IMG/VR virus record: IMGVR_UViG_2858362155_000007
Span: 11,124-75,123 of that record
Strand: one strand, 5' to 3'
Origin: a virus
Length of the DNA stretch: 64,000 nucleotides
Positions 59,328 to 64,000 of this stretch are shown in pieces (position 1 is the first letter of the stretch; the number at the start of each line of letters is the position of its first letter). Position numbers and translations under genes: made by a program. The notes below the pieces were generated by a model. That model saw nothing but the letters and a program-made list of their open reading frames with translations, was not told the origin of the DNA and did not search any database.

Positions 59328-59557
59328 GCTTTCATTACCTCACGCCAATAATTCAACCTATCTCTAAAAAACTCCCGATGTACCTCAGTCAACTTTTCAA
59401 TTTCCACCAACACTCGCGTTCTATGTATTTTTTGATTTTTAAGCTGTCTAATTAATCGACTAGCTAATAAATCAAGTTGTTCTAACTCGCGATATTCTTC
59501 TGGCCACAAAGCTCGATTGTGAGGTAAATCATCAGGCAAATAAGAACGCCTAGACAT
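59324..59557 (-). CDS. Hypothetical protein
   Basis: GAGG RBS, coupled to MTase. Confidence 0.7.
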   Translation of the reverse strand: MSRRSYLPDDLPHNRALWPEEYRELEQLDLLASRLIRQLKNQKIHRTRVLVEIEKLTEVHREFFRDRLNYWREVMKA

Positions 59558-59559
59558 AA

Positions 59560-59736
59560 TTACCTCGTCGTTTTTTGTGGTTTAACCTTAGGTTGATAAG
59601 GTGCTTTTGTTCTCGCTCTTGCTGACGCATGGAGACGGTCAATATGACACTGTGTATGGTCTAACCCATCATCAGGTAATATGGGGTGATTATCACGAAC
59701 AAGAAATTCGTGAGTAAGAGAGTCTTTAATTGTCAT
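59560..59736 (-). CDS. 58-aa hypothetical protein, missing from track
   Basis: MTIKDSLTHEFLVRDNHP...; preceded by AGAGGCAAGACC motif. Confidence 0.65.
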   Translation of the reverse strand: MTIKDSLTHEFLVRDNHPILPDDGLDHTQCHIDRLHASARARTKAPYQPKVKPQKTTR

Positions 59737-59790
59737 GGTCTTGCCTCTAATATTTAACTTAATAGCTTGGTCGAGCCCTAATTAACTTAT

Positions 59791-61209
59791 CTAAAATGCT
59801 TCTGTAGCTTGTTGTCCTTTTCGTGCATAGCTTTTTCTATTATCATTTCCTTTAAATGACAACCTTTCTGCCTCCCCCTTACTAATATTTTTAATATAAG
59901 AATTCACCAACTGAGCATAAGCGGTACCAGTATTTCCATCACGATTTAATCTGAGAAGAATTTCCATTAGAGATTTATCAGCATTATCGTTATAAACAGC
60001 ATCACGATATAAACCAATCCATACATCACAATCTTGCTCAATTTGCCCTGTATCACGGCTATCAGCGGGTGTTGGTCTTTTATCTGCCCTATCTTCCAAT
60101 TTACGGTTAAGTTGGGTTAATAACAGGACAACGCAATCCATTTCTTTTGCTAGATTTTTTAACCCCGTAGTAATATCACCATATGCAATATCACGACGTT
60201 CAGCCTGACCAGCCTTGATAAGGGTAAGGTAATCAATCGCTATTAGGCCTACTTGCCCTTTAACTCGTTTAACCTTGCGACATTCAGCTATGATATGGTT
60301 AAAATCAATACCAGGAGTGCTATCGATATACATATTCGATTCTGCAATCTCTTTTGCTCTGGCTAATGCTCTAGCCATTTCCATATCATCATATGTACCT
60401 GTATAAAAAATATCTGCAGATACATCGCCTTCTTGAGAGATCATTCGTTCAATGATCCCACGGTCTGTCATCTCAAGGCTGAAAAGCAATGTGGGTAACT
60501 TATGGTTTAATGCAAAGTGAGTTGCAACACGATTATAAAATGCGGTTTTACCCATTTTGGGTCTTGCACCAACAACAATTAATGATCCTCTCAATGCCTG
60601 CTTGGGAGCCATTAACTCATCCAGAGACTCTATACCTAAAGTAAAACCCACTGCATTTTTAGGATCACTAAAGCGCCTATCAACATCATCAAGCCAATCT
60701 CCAACAACGTCTAGAGCAGGTCTTAAGCCTTTGCTTTTTCCTGTTTTAGCGTGTTCGATAATGCTTGATACAACCTGCTGAACATTTGATAGTTTATTGT
60801 TGATATCAAGACCATCATTCGCCATTAGCATCTCTACACAAGTATTCAGATTATTGATAGCGTAACGCTGTATTGCATTGTCTCGTACAATCCGAGCGTA
60901 GTTCACAATGTTAGCAACTGAAGGTAATCTACAAAGCTCCGCTATGTAAGCAAATCCCCCAACTTTTTCTAAATCACCGCTACGTGTTAAAGAGTCACTA
61001 ACTGTAATGATATCTGTTGGATAATCAGATTTTATTAACTTCACTATCTCTGTAAAAATTCGACTGTGAGATCTTGAATAAAATGATCCTGATTTAACTA
61101 GTGATATCACATGTTGACGCTTATCTTCGTCAGTGCTGATCATCAAGCCACCTAGTACAGCCTGCTCTGCTTCAAGATTGTATGGAGGTGTGAAATAATC
61201 ATTTGTCAT
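59791..61209 (-). CDS. dnaB: Replicative helicase DnaB-like
   Basis: AEQAVLG, GARPKMGKT, IDYL, QLNR, GQIEQDCD. Confidence 0.93.
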   Translation of the reverse strand: MTNDYFTPPYNLEAEQAVLGGLMISTDEDKRQHVISLVKSGSFYSRSHSRIFTEIVKLIKSDYPTDIITVSDSLTRSGDLEKVGGFAYIAELCRLPSVANIVNYARIVRDNAIQRYAINNLNTCVEMLMANDGLDINNKLSNVQQVVSSIIEHAKTGKSKGLRPALDVVGDWLDDVDRRFSDPKNAVGFTLGIESLDELMAPKQALRGSLIVVGARPKMGKTAFYNRVATHFALNHKLPTLLFSLEMTDRGIIERMISQEGDVSADIFYTGTYDDMEMARALARAKEIAESNMYIDSTPGIDFNHIIAECRKVKRVKGQVGLIAIDYLTLIKAGQAERRDIAYGDITTGLKNLAKEMDCVVLLLTQLNRKLEDRADKRPTPADSRDTGQIEQDCDVWIGLYRDAVYNDNADKSLMEILLRLNRDGNTGTAYAQLVNSYIKNISKGEAERLSFKGNDNRKSYARKGQQATEAF

Positions 61210-62029
61210 TAGCACGTTCCTCTTTGACAGCAACATAACAACGTTCCGTAATTAAATAATCTAAATTTTTACGTCGCCATGTCCCCCCTCGCCCATTATC
61301 TCGATCCTCCATCATCCATCGACAATTACTGGCAATATACGATAAATAATTCTCCCAGCGCTCTTGATTGAATTTAAATTTTATCCAGAAATTTCTTAAC
61401 TTCCGTTTACGCTCATCAGTCATCACTTTGATTGCTGGCATATCAGGCAAAATATCGTGATATGAATTAATAATCTTTTCATAATTCAATTTAATTTTTG
61501 ATGACGATTTTTTGTCGTCAGGTTCTCCTGACGTACCATCAGTAATATCTGTAGTAATATATGTAGTAATCTCTGTAGGATCGAACTGCGGATTTGTTGC
61601 ATCGCCACCGTCAGTTTTGTCTTGTCGCGGTCGTTCGTTTTGTTGTTCCGCGAAATCACTATTGTGACTTTCCCCAGTTGCGCTTTGCGCATTTGGTGCA
61701 TTTTCAATAGCTTGCGACATGACATAATCTAATTTTTCACAGTCAATTAGATAATAAATTTTATGCTCTAAGCGTTTATTAGTCTCAACCAGAATACCTC
61801 TGCTAACTAAATGCTTTCTAGCCGTAAGCTGTTCTCGGTAGCTTAAACCCGTCTCAGATTCAATTTCTTCTGATGTTTTATAAACACCTAATTTAGAGTC
61901 AGCTTTATCTTGCCAATAAAATATTTGGCTAAAAAATATTACTGCATTTACACTGCCCAAACGTTTTACTAGCCCAGGGAAATAAGCAACTGGACGTCCA
62001 AAATCTAATAACAAATCAGATGCTCTCAC
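61199..62029 (-). CDS. Replication initiation protein
   Basis: N-terminal wHTH; directly upstream of dnaB. Confidence 0.8.
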   Translation of the reverse strand: MRASDLLLDFGRPVAYFPGLVKRLGSVNAVIFFSQIFYWQDKADSKLGVYKTSEEIESETGLSYREQLTARKHLVSRGILVETNKRLEHKIYYLIDCEKLDYVMSQAIENAPNAQSATGESHNSDFAEQQNERPRQDKTDGGDATNPQFDPTEITTYITTDITDGTSGEPDDKKSSSKIKLNYEKIINSYHDILPDMPAIKVMTDERKRKLRNFWIKFKFNQERWENYLSYIASNCRWMMEDRDNGRGGTWRRKNLDYLITERCYVAVKEERANDK

Positions 62030-62030
62030 T

Positions 62031-62255
62031 TTACACCCCCAGTGCTTTAGCTATATTACGGCAAGCATTTTTGTACTGCTCAGGGGTTAAATTTTTTGAC
62101 AGTAATTTTTGTTTTTCTCGCTCATACTGCTCCCAAATTAACAACGCAATAACGCGTCTACCATCAAAAATATGTTGGATATCTGAGATATGAGCAGGTT
62201 TATCATTCAGCATAAACCCATTGCGGTATGTGATTTTTTCAGTTGATCTAATCAT
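62031..62255 (-). CDS. Hypothetical protein
   Basis: 74 aa, preceded by motif RBS. Confidence 0.7.
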   Translation of the reverse strand: MIRSTEKITYRNGFMLNDKPAHISDIQHIFDGRRVIALLIWEQYEREKQKLLSKNLTPEQYKNACRNIAKALGV

Positions 62256-62272
62256 TGGTCTTGCCTCTTGAA

Positions 62273-62728
62273 TTAATGCACGCTGGTCGGGCGTGATATC
62301 TCATTTAGTGCGCGTACTACATTGTTTATTTGGTGTGACATGTCACGACCCTCTAATAAGATTTCAGTCATAGCATCAGCAAAACGCTGAATGGCTACAG
62401 TTGCTAAATAGTTTTTGGTATCTCCGCGTACTCGAGCTAACCTCGAAGCCGGTAGAGCCATTTCAATCGCTGGCATTAACTCAGCAATTTTTCTTTGAGA
62501 TGCGCGAGAATCACCACGTAACCAACGGAATATCTGTTGCCGGTTATTATTGATTGCTTTCCAGTCTGCCTTACCCGCTTGATCCTCAATGGCATGTAAT
62601 CGACCATGTTCTTGATTAATCACTAATCGTAAGTAAGCTCGGCTAATCTCAATAGCAACATGTTCTTGCCCTTGTTCTACAGCCCAGTCCTCAATTTCAG
62701 CTCTGATAATGTTGATATCAAAATTCAT
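62273..62728 (-). CDS. YdaT-family (CII-like) regulator
   Basis: IRAEIEDWA.EQGQE.VAIEI...N.QQIFRWL. Confidence 0.8.
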   Translation of the reverse strand: MNFDINIIRAEIEDWAVEQGQEHVAIEISRAYLRLVINQEHGRLHAIEDQAGKADWKAINNNRQQIFRWLRGDSRASQRKIAELMPAIEMALPASRLARVRGDTKNYLATVAIQRFADAMTEILLEGRDMSHQINNVVRALNEISRPTSVH

Positions 62729-62776
62729 TTTTGCGTCTCCTGTCGCTAGAAAAATTGATTATGCATAATCAGTTTT

Positions 62777-63022
62777 TTAATTTGATACCTGTAATACTGT
62801 TGATGATTTAGGAAGTCCATCAAACTGATTTGGATAAATATCTGGTGCAATTTCATGAGGTGTCACTTGCCAATCTAAACATTCACATAGGCTTAAAACT
62901 TTTGGAGCAGGAACACCGTTTTTAAACCATAGATGCACGGTTTGAGGTTTGGTGTTTAAGCGTCTAGCAATCTCTGATTGACTCGCTAAATTAATAATTT
63001 TGTTTTTTATACATGGTGTCAT
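62777..63022 (-). CDS. cro: Cro-like (YdaS) repressor
   Basis: SQSEIARRL..KPQTV..W...VTPHEIAPDIYP. Confidence 0.88.
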   Translation of the reverse strand: MTPCIKNKIINLASQSEIARRLNTKPQTVHLWFKNGVPAPKVLSLCECLDWQVTPHEIAPDIYPNQFDGLPKSSTVLQVSN

Positions 63023-63042
63023 TGTTCTCTCCTTTTGGGTTT

Positions 63043-63116
63043 ACAAGTTAATCTTACAATCAAACATATAATAATATCAAGTTTTTCTTGAAGTGATCAT
63101 TACAAGGAAAGCTTGT
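63043..63116. promoter_or_regulatory. OR operators, (A/T)CAA-N7-TTG(T/A)
   Basis: Sites 63043-63057, 63077-63091, 63102-63116. Confidence 0.65.
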
Positions 63117-63128
63117 AGTATAATTTCT

Positions 63129-63821
63129 ATGAAAAAGAATCCGAATGAAGTATCAGCTACACGTATAAGCCAAATACTAACCGAGCGAAACTGGTCCCAG
63201 TCAGAATTAGCTCGTAGGCTTGGTATTAGCCCTCAATCTGTGCAATTTTGGGTAAGCGGGAAAACAGCACCTAGAGGTAATAATTTAACCGCATTATCTA
63301 AGATATCTGGATATCCAGAACATTGGTTTTTTATGAGTGATGTTTCTACTGAAGAAATGGATAAACCTATTGTACGTAAAAATGATTCTTATCTTGTGGA
63401 GTTACTTGATATAGAAGCCAGTGCCGGCCCTGGCATCATTAATAAAAGTGAATTTATTGAAACAATTAGAGCTATTGAATATACATCTGATGAAGCACTC
63501 CGTTTATTTGGCAACAGACCCAGCGCTAATATAAAAATGATCACTGTTGTTGGTGATAGTATGCAAAATACTATTGAACCAGGAGACCAAATTTTCATAG
63601 ATATTCATATAGATTATTTTGATGGTGATGGCATTTACGTTTTCATTTTTGGTCAAACATTGCATATTAAAAGACTACAAATGATAAAAAATAAATTAAC
63701 CGTTATCTCTGATAACCCCAACTATCGAGATTGGGATATCACTCCCGAAGACGAAGAACAGTTCTTCATTTTTGGTAAAGTTCTCCTCAGTCAATCTAGA
63801 ACATACAAGCGTTACGCTTAA
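63129..63821 (+). CDS. cI: CI repressor (HTH + S24), probably leaderless mRNA
   Basis: ASAG, GDSM, IKRL; TATAAT at 63119-63124 just before ATG with no SD. Confidence 0.93.
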   Translation: MKKNPNEVSATRISQILTERNWSQSELARRLGISPQSVQFWVSGKTAPRGNNLTALSKISGYPEHWFFMSDVSTEEMDKPIVRKNDSYLVELLDIEASAGPGIINKSEFIETIRAIEYTSDEALRLFGNRPSANIKMITVVGDSMQNTIEPGDQIFIDIHIDYFDGDGIYVFIFGQTLHIKRLQMIKNKLTVISDNPNYRDWDITPEDEEQFFIFGKVLLSQSRTYKRYA

Positions 63822-63844
63822 AATCCTTTCATAAAATTCAAATT

Positions 63845-63878
63845 AAATTACAGGGGCTTAATAGCTCTTGTAATTTTT
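63845..63878 (+). terminator. Terminator after cI
   Basis: AAATTACAGGGGC...GCTCTTGTAATTT. Confidence 0.65.
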
Positions 63879-63891
63879 CACGCATAGAACT

Positions 63892-63944
63892 ACAAGAATT
63901 ATTTGTAAGTTAGACTTGCAATATTCAATTTTAACTTGTAGATT
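63892..63944 (+). promoter_or_regulatory. OL operators and pL
   Basis: Operators 63892-63906, 63905-63919, 63925-63939; TTGCAA-17-TAGATT. Confidence 0.62.
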
Positions 63945-64000
63945 TACTAACAACAAAAACAACACAGCAAGTGTTTAGGTAAGTGTTCAGATTTAGTTTT

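Larger units (their letters stand above)
28734..64000. mobile_element. Prophage 2: temperate myophage (right end outside window)
   Basis: Tail fibre, baseplate, sheath, head, lysis, Q, DnaB, cro/cI in order. Confidence 0.93.

Noticed and set aside
63020..63032. Phage 2 cro RBS GGAGAGAACAATG matching the phage 1 HD-gene RBS (cross-regulation)
   Set aside because: Lacks the GTGT part of the motif; can be explained as an ordinary SD

Overview
AT-rich enterobacterial (Proteus/Morganellaceae-like, inferred) chromosome segment made entirely of two tandem temperate prophages that meet at a 47-bp 3' half of tRNA-Pro(GGG) (28734-28780). Prophage 1 (<1-28780) is an HK97/SfV-like cos siphophage: tape measure, tail, head, terminase, HNH, lysis, MTase, Q, replication, cro/cI, rdgC-HD-ssb, xis, int. 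Prophage 2 (~28734->64000) is a myophage: tail fibre, baseplate, sheath/tube, DUF2184 capsid, terminase, pinholin/SAR lysis, MTase, Q, DnaB replication, YdaT/cro/cI. It carries several probable defence morons (HEPN-like, DUF4145, AbiTii, PH-SHOCT). The most unusual signal is non-coding. In each prophage a phage-specific 15-21 nt motif covers the ribosome-binding sites of several early genes and is often paired with a hairpin carrying a fixed loop (TGTACGG in phage 1, CGACCA in phage 2). A 'master' copy lies just after the cII-position gene, and most variant positions keep G-U pairing to its antisense. This suggests a multi-target OOP-like antisense RNA or a translational regulon. Also seen: three LexA boxes (one inside cI), a cluster of three structured RNA domains, two programmed -1 frameshifts and several small ORFs missing from the ORF track. 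All family assignments are from motif recognition and synteny, not database searches.
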